Positions 53,161 through 61,587 of a DNA stretch of 64,000 bases are shown piece by piece. A program made the position numbers and the translations under genes. Every line of letters starts with the position of its first letter. Within the stretch, counting starts at the first letter, position 1. Below the pieces are notes generated by a model. The model was not told the DNA's origin, did not search any database, and saw only the letters and a program-made list of their open reading frames with translations. The DNA comes from Candidatus Melainabacteria bacterium 17Bon1m (GTDB lineage: Bacteria > Cyanobacteriota > Vampirovibrionia > Obscuribacterales > Obscuribacteraceae): NCBI GenBank assembly GCA_032128875.1, contig JAVLKG010000010.1, forward strand, positions 96,001 through 160,000. The letters run 5' to 3'.

Positions 53161-53384
53161 GGACACCTGTTAAGGACCCCTTCCAGAGGTCCTTTCGGTC
53201 GGACCTATATAGAGGTCGATACCGAAGGCAGCCAAGCCAGACGACAGTCAGCCGTGACGGCTCTCTGTACTGGCGGTCAAAAGGCGCATCGCTACTTATT
53301 CAGTAGCAGCCTTTCCGACCGGCATTCCGACAAGCCCAACGTTTGTTAACGCCGTCTTATATTGGAATGCGCCACAGAGTGACC
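53161..53384 (-). ncRNA. Highly structured 5' leader of the S10 operon (candidate cis-regulatory RNA)
   Basis: Five back-to-back hairpins enclosed by a putative closing stem, by eye; candidate TTGTGA-N16-CATACT promoter at about 53424-53451. Confidence 0.5.
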
Positions 53385-54148
53385 GATCCAGCGGACGAAC
53401 CACACATTTTACTAATAGTAGCCAGTATGATTCTAAAAATTTATTTCACAATAAGCATTGGCCAGCAGATATAGAGCCGATATTGCGCGTTTCGCCCGCT
53501 TTAGCGATCATCATTAATTCATGCCGGAGCTCACCAGTTGCCTGTTTTGCGCTCTGCACAAAACAGCACAGAGCTTGACATCTACACAAAACCTTTAGTT
53601 TTCAGCAAGTACACAATATTAAACACAACGGTTGCGCACGATTTGACATCCTGCCAATTTTGAATTCTGTAATTCCGTACCTATATATGAGGTCAATCAC
53701 CCGAATGAGCGAGTGACCCGGATCGGGCCGAAAATGAAGTGTACGTGTGCGAAAAATCGGCTCATTTCATTCCGCACAAACCCCACAGGTTGGGCGTTTT
53801 GGGCTATGGCGACATTAGTTATACGTGTGGTTTACGTGTGCTTTTTGTAGGGAAAATGAAGCAAATCCCAAAACCCAAGGCTGACAAGTCTTTCCGGCGT
53901 CGCCATTTTTGAATCAGACTTCAAAGCCTCCGCCTGTGGACCCTTGACGGGATCTTGATACCGCCCTTATGTTGGTAATGTCACGAAGGCGATCGCCCAT
54001 TCAGGTGATATCAGTCAGTGACTTTTAAAAGAACTCTCGGGCAACCCCTCAAGCTCGAGCTCGTACCAAGTAAATCACTGAAAAGCTCAGCAGTACGGGT
54101 ATAAAGCTAAAAGCGCTTTTCTGGTTCGAAATTGGAGCTGATAGATAC

Positions 54149-54718
54149 ATGTATAGAAAGCAGTATAGAAAAAACAGAGGCACCTCAATCGCCGAATTGG
54201 GACCTGCATTGTTCTTGGTTCTTTTGATAATGGTTTTGCCAATGGCTTGTTTAGCAAGCTTAGGCATTCGTTATACACTTCTTTTCTACGCTGTGCGTCA
54301 GGCCGCGCGTGAAGCGGCTAAGAGCACTCAATTTCAGACAAATCAAAGTGCCCTTCAAAAATCCGCAATTAACAGAGCAAGAGAAGTGATGGCACTTTTT
54401 GCCAGTAGTGCGGGTGCCAATGGTCTCAAAGTTAATCCGACTGATGTGCATTGTTTTGTCGACATCATAAACATTGCATCCGGAACCGCCACGAGCCCCG
54501 GCATGGACCAAAGAGTTCCTGCTGGAACTCCAATTTCTACCACTCAAAACGTCTACAACGTGAGAGTGCAGGTTGATGGTACGGTTCGTCCACTGTTTGA
54601 GGCATCCGGGGACGGTGGAGGTTGGTTTGGAGTAGGGGTGCCTGGCCTCTCGCGGCCATTCCCCGTCCGCATGGTGTCAGCGGCCATGGCCGAGAGACCA
54701 GATGGGTTAGATAAATAG
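54149..54718 (+). CDS. TadE-like pseudopilin
   Basis: Basic leader RKNRG|TSIAE, hydrophobic helix, AVRQAAREAA. Confidence 0.75.
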   Translation: MYRKQYRKNRGTSIAELGPALFLVLLIMVLPMACLASLGIRYTLLFYAVRQAAREAAKSTQFQTNQSALQKSAINRAREVMALFASSAGANGLKVNPTDVHCFVDIINIASGTATSPGMDQRVPAGTPISTTQNVYNVRVQVDGTVRPLFEASGDGGGWFGVGVPGLSRPFPVRMVSAAMAERPDGLDK

Positions 54719-54772
54719 GTTTTTCAAAATCAGATTATTGAGACGCATACACCCGAAAGATAGGAAACGACC

Positions 54773-55276
54773 ATGCGGTTAATTAGACACATACCAAAAC
54801 ACCGTGATGAAAACGGAAGTTCATTTATTGAGGTGGGAATTGCCTCTGTAGCCATGGCGGTGATCGTATTTTTGGCTATGGACGCGTATGTATGGATGCA
54901 GGCTTTCATGCTTAACGACATCGCCTGCCGTGACGCCTGTAGAGCAGCTGCGCAATCGCAAGGAACGTCAAATACAGTTGCCTCGTATAAAACTGCAGCG
55001 CAGAATGCGGCTATCAGAGAGTTAACCCTACACTCCGTGACTCGTCCATACATTGGCAATCCTACATTTGTACCTAGTGGTTTCGTTTGGCAAGATTTCG
55101 GCGCTTCAAATGGTGGCAATATGCCACCATCACCACAAACACCGTTTGTGAGAGTGCAGTCATCAATGAACGTCAATCTGCCTGTTCCACTCAATGCTTT
55201 TGGTGGGTTGCAGGCTAAACCGCTCGTATTCCAGCGAAGCTACTCAATGCCCATTGTAAACATTCCTCCTCCCTAA
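54773..55276 (+). CDS. TadE/TadF-like pseudopilin
   Basis: RDENG|SSFIE, hydrophobic helix, NDIACRDACRAAA. Confidence 0.75.
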   Translation: MRLIRHIPKHRDENGSSFIEVGIASVAMAVIVFLAMDAYVWMQAFMLNDIACRDACRAAAQSQGTSNTVASYKTAAQNAAIRELTLHSVTRPYIGNPTFVPSGFVWQDFGASNGGNMPPSPQTPFVRVQSSMNVNLPVPLNAFGGLQAKPLVFQRSYSMPIVNIPPP

Positions 55277-55327
55277 ACAGAACAGAGCGGTCTCCAGGGA
55301 TTTCTCCCCAGTCACTAAAACAAACAA

Positions 55328-57127
55328 GTGGAAAAAGTCATGTTGAAAAATTTGCACTACCGAAGAAAATCCAAGGGTCAATCAATGATTGTATTGATTG
55401 TATTCTTGCTAGTCTTTTTCATTCTGCTGTTAGGCATGGCAGCGTTCGAGTTCGCTCGATATAGCCTGTGCTGCCAACAATTCCAACACTGTGTCGACAT
55501 CGCGGCACTTGGTGGTGCAGCAGGTCTGGCTTCGGCTCAGACCACCGACCAGGCGGTTGCGCAGGCATCGGCTTTGAACACTGCAAAGTGGATGATGGAA
55601 CAGAATTACATCCTCGATACATCATTGCTAAACAAAACCAACTGGACCACGGGTTCAACAATCCCAACGATGCCGCTCATCAAAAACACGGCAAACATGA
55701 ATTTCACTTGGGTTGACCCGGAAACAGGAAATCCGACTGCAGTAGCAGGCGATCAGAAAATTTTCCGTGTCTCCGGTGCTTATGCTTATCCCCCTCTTGT
55801 GGGCAGCTGGATTGGTCTCGGCAACAATGCTCTCGGCGCAGTAGTAGCCATCGGCAACGGTGGTGGCACTATGCTCGATGTGGTGTTGTGTTTTGACCTT
55901 TCAGGCTCGATCGATGATTCGACTAAGATCACCATGGTTGAGCGATACTCTCCCTCTGTGGGAAACACAATGTATCGCAAGGTCGCAGAAGGGACGCTTT
56001 ACACTGCCACAAACGAAACAAGTCCTACAGGCACAGGTTTCAACGCTCTCTATCCGTTCGCGATGAACGGCGCCAGTTATGGACAATTCAGCAGTCAAAG
56101 GCGTGGTCAGACACAGAACCAGAGAGCTCCGTACACTTCTCCTGCTGGTGGTCAGACGTTCACTGATGTAGTGGTCAACCTCGACGAGAACGACACATTT
56201 GCTGGTGGAACATTTGGAGGACTGTCCTTTCCAAGCTATCAAGTACTTGTCGAAGCGGCCAGAGGAAATCTGGAAAGCATAACAGTAGCAAACAATGCTA
56301 GCGTTCCGTATGCATCAATGGGAGTTACACCACAGACTGGCTATTACCGCACTTACTGGGAGCAAGCACAAATCCACAGACATCCTCTTTATGATGCACA
56401 AGCGTCATCAGCCAACTTCTTCCAGATCATCACAAATTCTACAAATGCACACTTGGGTTTAGTTGGTTTCTCTAGCGATGAGAATACTACATATAGTCAA
56501 CCGGCAATAGAATCCGGTGCTAATCACACTTTCCCAGTGCCCCCGGTTGCCGGTAACATTCCGACCTCTGCAAACGTCAGTTGTCCGATCCCATATGTCC
56601 AACTTGACCCAACACCGGGATCGGCCGGTAACAATCTAGCTGCCGTCAGCGCAAAACTCCCATTGCCTCCAACGTTACCTTCGACGGTCGTTCCACAACT
56701 GACTGCATACGGCTCGACTGACATTAACGGAGCCCTTAATCAGGCGATGAACATGCTAACGAGAAGTACGCCATCTTATTATAAAGACCCGACCTACTGG
56801 CCCACTAACAACAACCGTGCTCGGATCGGCGCACGCAGAGCGATCGTCTTGTTCACCGATGGACTGCCGACCACCAACACGGGTCCTCTTTACGGACAGG
56901 ACGGCTCAACTACGGCGCAAAAAGCAGGGCAATGTTCCATTCCAATTTACTGCATAGGACTCGCGCAGGTTTCTTCGCTGATTCCTGGGATGAATGCGAC
57001 TCTCGGAACAATTGCCACTAACTCCGGAGGAAAACTCTATGTTATTCCTCCAGGTGCAGGGCAAGCCGCAGCGCTCAACCGCGCATTTGCAGACATCGCC
57101 CGTTCGCTCGTTGCACTGGTTAGATAA
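55328..57127 (+). CDS. TadG-like pilin with von Willebrand factor A domain
   Basis: RRKSKG|QSM, QHCVDIAALGGA; MIDAS DLSGS, GST, LFTDG, IYCIGL. Confidence 0.82.
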   Translation: MEKVMLKNLHYRRKSKGQSMIVLIVFLLVFFILLLGMAAFEFARYSLCCQQFQHCVDIAALGGAAGLASAQTTDQAVAQASALNTAKWMMEQNYILDTSLLNKTNWTTGSTIPTMPLIKNTANMNFTWVDPETGNPTAVAGDQKIFRVSGAYAYPPLVGSWIGLGNNALGAVVAIGNGGGTMLDVVLCFDLSGSIDDSTKITMVERYSPSVGNTMYRKVAEGTLYTATNETSPTGTGFNALYPFAMNGASYGQFSSQRRGQTQNQRAPYTSPAGGQTFTDVVVNLDENDTFAGGTFGGLSFPSYQVLVEAARGNLESITVANNASVPYASMGVTPQTGYYRTYWEQAQIHRHPLYDAQASSANFFQIITNSTNAHLGLVGFSSDENTTYSQPAIESGANHTFPVPPVAGNIPTSANVSCPIPYVQLDPTPGSAGNNLAAVSAKLPLPPTLPSTVVPQLTAYGSTDINGALNQAMNMLTRSTPSYYKDPTYWPTNNNRARIGARRAIVLFTDGLPTTNTGPLYGQDGSTTAQKAGQCSIPIYCIGLAQVSSLIPGMNATLGTIATNSGGKLYVIPPGAGQAAALNRAFADIARSLVALVR

Positions 57128-57251
57128 TGCAAGGAATCCCAATAGTTACATTCAGCTAGGACAAAACTAAGCAGAAGGATGGTGCAATGCACCATCCTTT
57201 TGTTCAGAGGAAGGAAATGTGCAAATGGTCTTCGAAAATTCGCGAGCAATT

Positions 57252-57779
57252 ATGAGGCGAAGGTGGGCGATTGTACTTCTGACTATCCTTGCTATCCTTA
57301 CGACGCCTGCTCAATCGCTTGCGGTCAACAAAATCAGCGTAGTCATGCTTACTCAGGAAAGCATGCAAGAACACAACAGTGATGAACCCAGACGTCTGAT
57401 GTGTGACATTCTTCTTCAGGAATTCGCAAAAGGTGGTGTGATTCAAGTTGTGAATCAGGAGAACAGTCGCACACTCTCAAAGATTTACCATGCAAACTAC
57501 CATGTTGGTGCGAATCTAATCGCGTTCAGTTTCGCACCTAAAACCCCGATAAACGTTTCTATATCTGTCCAGCTGTTAGATAAGAAAACAGGCAATGTCT
57601 TTCTAACTTCTGACCGAGCAATGTTCATTGACGAGAACATCGTGGAAGCAGGACTCAAGTTGAACAAGTCAGAGTTCGACAACAGTGCATATGGAAAAGC
57701 GCTGACTGCTTTATCAAAGGCATCTGCCATTCAATTTCAAGAAAAGGTGCTGCACTTAAACCTACCGCCTCAAATTTAG
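57252..57779 (+). CDS. Exported hypothetical protein (possible CsgG/FlgO-like fold)
   Basis: Signal peptide MRRRWAIVLLTILAILTTPAQS; VSISVQLLDKKTG. The fold is a guess. Confidence 0.55.
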   Translation: MRRRWAIVLLTILAILTTPAQSLAVNKISVVMLTQESMQEHNSDEPRRLMCDILLQEFAKGGVIQVVNQENSRTLSKIYHANYHVGANLIAFSFAPKTPINVSISVQLLDKKTGNVFLTSDRAMFIDENIVEAGLKLNKSEFDNSAYGKALTALSKASAIQFQEKVLHLNLPPQI

Positions 57780-57845
57780 GTATGGCTTTTGATCAAAGTA
57801 ACACCCAGCAAAGGCAAGCCAAAGTTATAGACTTCAAAAATCAGA

Positions 57846-57967
57846 AAAAGGGCGACGCATAACATCGCCCTTTTGAAGTACGTCCGTTATGCCTAAAACA
57901 AAGAGGTGGAGCCAGAAGGCCCCACCTCAATTTTTTTTGTTCGGACGATGCGTGGCATCGCCTCTAC
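57846..57967. terminator. Bidirectional terminator hairpins flanked by REP-like copies
   Basis: AAAAGGGCGACG...CATCGCCCTTTT; GAGGTGG...CCACCTC-AATTTTTTTT; GGACGATGCGTGGCATCGCCTCTAC. Confidence 0.65.
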
Positions 57968-57972
57968 TTCAA

Positions 57973-59157
57973 TTACTCAGTAATCGAAGCAACAACTCCT
58001 GCGCCTACGGTTCTGCCGCCTTCGCGGATTGCGAAGCGCATACCTTGCTCGATAGCTACTGGCTGGATGAGTTCAACGTCCATTGCAACGTTGTCACCAG
58101 GCATAACCATTTCAACGCCTGCAGGCAGGGTGATGGAGCCGGTTACGTCAGTTGTACGGATGTAGAACTGCGGTCTGTAGCCAGGGAAGAATGGAGTGTG
58201 ACGTCCACCTTCTTCTTTCGAGAGGATGTATACCTCAGCTTTGAACTTGGTGTGCGGCTTGATAGAACCCGGCTTAGCGATAACTTGTCCGCGTTCGATC
58301 ATGGTCTTGTCGATACCACGAAGGAGTACGCCGACGTTGTCGCCTGCGATGCCTTCTTCCAAGGTCTTTTGGTACATTTCAATACCAGTGACGGTGGTCT
58401 TTTTGGTTTCGTGCAAGCCGACGATTTCTACTTCGTCGCCAACTTTGACTTTGCCGCGCTCGACACGGCCGGTAGCTACGGTTCCACGACCAGTGATCGA
58501 GAACACGTCTTCAACAGCCAGCAAGAACGGCTTGTCGACTTCGCGCTCAGGGGTCGGGATGTAGCTGTCTACTGCCTTCATCAAGTCAGCGATAACTGCT
58601 TCAGCAGCTGCATCGCCTTCGAGAGCCTTAACGGCAGAACCCTTGATGAAAGGAATATCGTCGCCAGGGAATTGATACTTGCTGAGCAATTCACGGGCTT
58701 CCATTTCAACCAATTCGACCAATTCCGGATCGTCGACGAGGTCGACTTTGTTCAGGAATACAACGATGTAAGGAACGCCTACCTGACGGGCGAGCAGGAT
58801 GTGCTCACGGGTTTGGGGCATCGGTCCGTCGTTGGCCGAGATAACCAGGATAGCTCCGTCCATTTGGGCGGCGCCGGTGATCATGTTCTTGATGTAGTCG
58901 GCGTGACCTGGGCAGTCTACGTGGCTGTAGTGGCGGTTGTCGGTTTCATACTCGACGTGCGCGGTATTGATGGTGATACCACGGGCTTTTTCTTCCGGAG
59001 CGGCATCGATTTCATCATATTTCTTGAATTTGGCTTTGCCTTGTTTAGACAATGCCAGTGTGATTGCGGCTGTCAGACTGGTTTTGCCGTGGTCGACGTG
59101 GCCGATGGTGCCGATGTTTACATTCGGCTTGTTTCTTTCAAACTTCTGGCGGGCCAT
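57973..59157 (-). CDS. tuf: Elongation factor Tu
   Basis: [28 protein letters not shown]. Confidence 0.99.
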   Translation of the reverse strand: MARQKFERNKPNVNIGTIGHVDHGKTSLTAAITLALSKQGKAKFKKYDEIDAAPEEKARGITINTAHVEYETDNRHYSHVDCPGHADYIKNMITGAAQMDGAILVISANDGPMPQTREHILLARQVGVPYIVVFLNKVDLVDDPELVELVEMEARELLSKYQFPGDDIPFIKGSAVKALEGDAAAEAVIADLMKAVDSYIPTPEREVDKPFLLAVEDVFSITGRGTVATGRVERGKVKVGDEVEIVGLHETKKTTVTGIEMYQKTLEEGIAGDNVGVLLRGIDKTMIERGQVIAKPGSIKPHTKFKAEVYILSKEEGGRHTPFFPGYRPQFYIRTTDVTGSITLPAGVEMVMPGDNVAMDVELIQPVAIEQGMRFAIREGGRTVGAGVVASITE

Positions 59158-59268
59158 CCTACAACTCTCCTTAACTGTTGGTTGACTGCTTACTTACTTG
59201 GTCCCTTCTACGCGCAGAACGCGTTTTCTTATTAGATTTGCGACGCTAGAAACGCGCTCTATAAAAAA

Positions 59269-59343
59269 TGGAGCCTATGGCCAGGATTGAACTGGCGACC
59301 TCCCCCTTACCAAGGGGGTGCACTACCACTGTGCTACATAGGC
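59269..59343 (-). tRNA. tRNA-Thr(GGT), CCA encoded
   Basis: GCCTATG...CCCCC-TT-GGT-AA-GGGGG...GTTCAATCC...CATAGGC-TCCA. Confidence 0.95.
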
Positions 59344-59558
59344 ACGGGGCATATTCTAGCGCCCCTGAGAGGCCGTCCTATATAGAACTACCGCTCTTTT
59401 ACGTGCAACTTAACCATTTGTCCGATTCTATTCGGACTACGGATTCCATCTAAACAAATCGCGGGCTAGGCAAAAGTTCAGAAAGAACCGTTAAACCACC
59501 ACCATTCGGTATGGTTGCACGTCGCTTGCTCTCGAAACCATTCCCAGAAAGGGAAATT

Positions 59559-59641
59559 TGGGCGGAACTGGATTCGAACCAGTGTAGGCTTTCGCCAACG
59601 AGTTTACAGCCCGTCTCCTTTAGCCACTCGGACATCCGCCC
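59559..59641 (-). tRNA. tRNA-Tyr(GTA)
   Basis: GGGCGGA...ACGGG-CT-GTA-AA-CTCGT, long variable arm, GGTTCGAATCC. Confidence 0.95.
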
Positions 59642-59645
59642 CAAA

Positions 59646-59717
59646 AGCCGGTGATGGGATTCGAACCCGCAACCTACGGTTTACAAAACCGTTGCTCTGC
59701 CATTGAGCTACACCGGC
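59646..59717 (-). tRNA. tRNA-Thr(TGT)
   Basis: GCCGGTG...ACGGT-TT-TGT-AA-ACCGT...GGTTCGAATCC...CACCGGC-T. Confidence 0.95.
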
Positions 59718-59738
59718 ACGGGATGCAAGCGAGGGAAG

Positions 59739-59768
59739 ATCTTACTAGCTAAGCTTTAATCGTGTCAA
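59739..59768 (-). promoter_or_regulatory. Sigma70-type promoter of the tRNA-tuf operon
   Basis: Minus strand TTGACA-N18-TAAGAT about 20 nt upstream of tRNA-Thr(TGT). Confidence 0.65.
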
Positions 59769-59928
59769 ATAACTCTGGTTCTTCCGTCAAATAGCGACAC
59801 AATACCGAAATTATTTTTTCGCTAATGTTTTTCTCTCTGAGCGGAACCAAGAGCTGATGATGGTTTTCGCATTCTCTTTTCAAGCCGAGTTTTCAAGTCA
59901 CAAGATCGAATCGATACATGGCTTCTTT

Positions 59929-59983
59929 AAAACGGTCGACGCATGGCGTTTTCAAAACGGTCGACGCATGGCGTCGACCCTAC
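59929..59983 (-). repeat. REP with partial tandem duplication; its GTAG supplies the rlmB stop
   Basis: AAAACGGTCGACGCATGGCGT occurs twice; the second copy continues CGACCCTAC. Confidence 0.8.
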
Positions 59984-60783
59984 AGGCTTTTGGTGCGCTT
60001 TTGCCTGACTACTTCAAATAAAACAATTCCGCATGCAACGGAAGCGTTGAGAGACTCAGTCTTGCCGGGCATCGGTATCTTGACATTGAAATCGCAATGT
60101 TCAGAAACCAGCCTGCTGAGCCCTTTTCCTTCAGCACCAACACAGATAGCAAGTGGTCTGACGAGATCAGCATCGAACAATTCTTCCCCACCGCGCACAT
60201 CCAGACCAACCACCCAAAACCCAGCTTTCTTCAAGTCTTCGACAGCATTAACGATGTTGTGCACGCGCACAATCGGAATGAAGGCAAGCGCACCGGCACT
60301 TACTTTCGACACAGTACCAGAAACTTGCGCCGACCTTCTTTGCGGCACTAGCACTGCTTTGGCGCCTGATGCCTCAGCAACCCGAACGATAGCGCCCAGG
60401 TTGTGCGGGTCTTCGATGCCATCAAGCAAAACGACGCAAGGGTTTTCACCCATCGCATCGCCCTTGAAGCGCTTGAGAAAGTCCTTCAGCTCTAGTTGCT
60501 TTACCGCGGAAAGCTGCCCGGCGACGCCCTGATGGCGCGCATCACGTCCCAGCATCATGTCTATTTTGCGTCGATCGCACACCGCAACGGGGATGCGCAG
60601 CCGTTTTGCTGCCGTCTCAATCTTGCTCAGTCGTGTGTCCGCATCCAAAGAATCAGCCAGAAAGACCTTCACAATCTCGGGTACATCGCCCGACGAGTCA
60701 GTTTCATCTAGCATGCGCTCTAGATAAACAAGCAGAGCATTGCGCCCGAATACAAATTCACCGTCCTGCCTGTCATTCATCAA
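59980..60783 (-). CDS. rlmB: 23S rRNA (Gm2251) 2'-O-methyltransferase
   Basis: HQGV, LDGIEDPHNLGAIVR, GAEGKG, ESLNASVA. Confidence 0.95.
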   Translation of the reverse strand: MMNDRQDGEFVFGRNALLVYLERMLDETDSSGDVPEIVKVFLADSLDADTRLSKIETAAKRLRIPVAVCDRRKIDMMLGRDARHQGVAGQLSAVKQLELKDFLKRFKGDAMGENPCVVLLDGIEDPHNLGAIVRVAEASGAKAVLVPQRRSAQVSGTVSKVSAGALAFIPIVRVHNIVNAVEDLKKAGFWVVGLDVRGGEELFDADLVRPLAICVGAEGKGLSRLVSEHCDFNVKIPMPGKTESLNASVACGIVLFEVVRQKRTKSL

Positions 60784-60950
60784 TGCTTTCCTGTCGATGC
60801 TTATGTGTTGAAAACTCGCAACTGGCAGCAGTATAGCCCCTCATGGGCAAAGCACCATGGACACAAGGCTGCCGCTCTGGTTATCTCATAGTGAAGGTTC
60901 AGGTGTCTTTTACAGGACTTCAGGATTCAGACCAAAGGCAAATCAAGTCA

Positions 60951-61172
60951 ATGCTGTTCGACGTCTTCTTTTTTGGATTTCCCATCATCTTTGCGCTTTG
61001 CCTGGGCGCACACGCCATACGCGAAGAAGATGCACGCTTCTGGAGACCAGCTTTCAGCTTTTTTGCCTACTGCGCTTTTTACCTGGCTGGTGGTCGAGAC
61101 GTAATTCTTTATATTCTGTGCGGATTTATAATCGGTGGCTCGTGGCTGTCGGTCGGTAATATGCCGCTTTAG
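60951..61172 (+). CDS. Small hypothetical membrane protein
   Basis: Three hydrophobic segments from MLFDVFFFG; ORF is open from 60843. Confidence 0.45.
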   Translation: MLFDVFFFGFPIIFALCLGAHAIREEDARFWRPAFSFFAYCAFYLAGGRDVILYILCGFIIGGSWLSVGNMPL

Positions 61173-61203
61173 ACAAGCCTCGAAGGGTTGAGCCAAATAG
61201 CGC

Positions 61204-61455
61204 TTATGTGGCGCGACGACCTTTGGTAGGAGGCGTGACGACGGCGTGCCGGTTCTGCTGAGCCTCGGCAAGAGTGCGCATCGGAATGTCATGCTTCTTC
61301 AGCCATCGAGAAATCGTGTTTGGGTCACACCACTTATTTTCCGTATCGCGGTAGATTCGAGCGATCTCAACGGTGCTAAGCTTTTCCTTAACATACTTCT
61401 GTATGAGCCAGTCTCTATCCTGATACAGCTGTTTGGTTCTCAGTGTCTTTCCCAC
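61204..61455 (-). CDS. Small helix-turn-helix protein
   Basis: YQDRDWLIQKY...LSTVEIA...NTISRWLKKHDIPMR; GAAGGGG RBS. Confidence 0.7.
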   Translation of the reverse strand: MGKTLRTKQLYQDRDWLIQKYVKEKLSTVEIARIYRDTENKWCDPNTISRWLKKHDIPMRTLAEAQQNRHAVVTPPTKGRRAT

Positions 61456-61587
61456 ATGCCACCCCTTCTAAGGTTTTGAGGTTTCTGAAACGAGCCCGCC
61501 TGGTTGTCAGCCGCCGAGGTTACTACATATTCTAATTGTGTGTGTTTCTCCTCTATCTGACAAGCCCTTTGGCTTCAAGTTCAGCAA

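Noticed and set aside
53989-53996. HIP1 octamer GCGATCGC
   Set aside because: Only one copy noticed, so there is no sign of the enrichment seen in many oxygenic cyanobacteria.
53700-54148. c-di-GMP riboswitch upstream of the Tad cassette
   Set aside because: No convincing GEMM motif pattern could be traced by eye.
57889-59235. 448-aa plus-strand ORF
   Set aside because: Antisense shadow of tuf; similar shadows overlie dnaK and the ribosomal genes.
59344-59558. tRNA-Gly expected between Tyr and Thr
   Set aside because: No T-loop GTTCRA or cloverleaf is visible.
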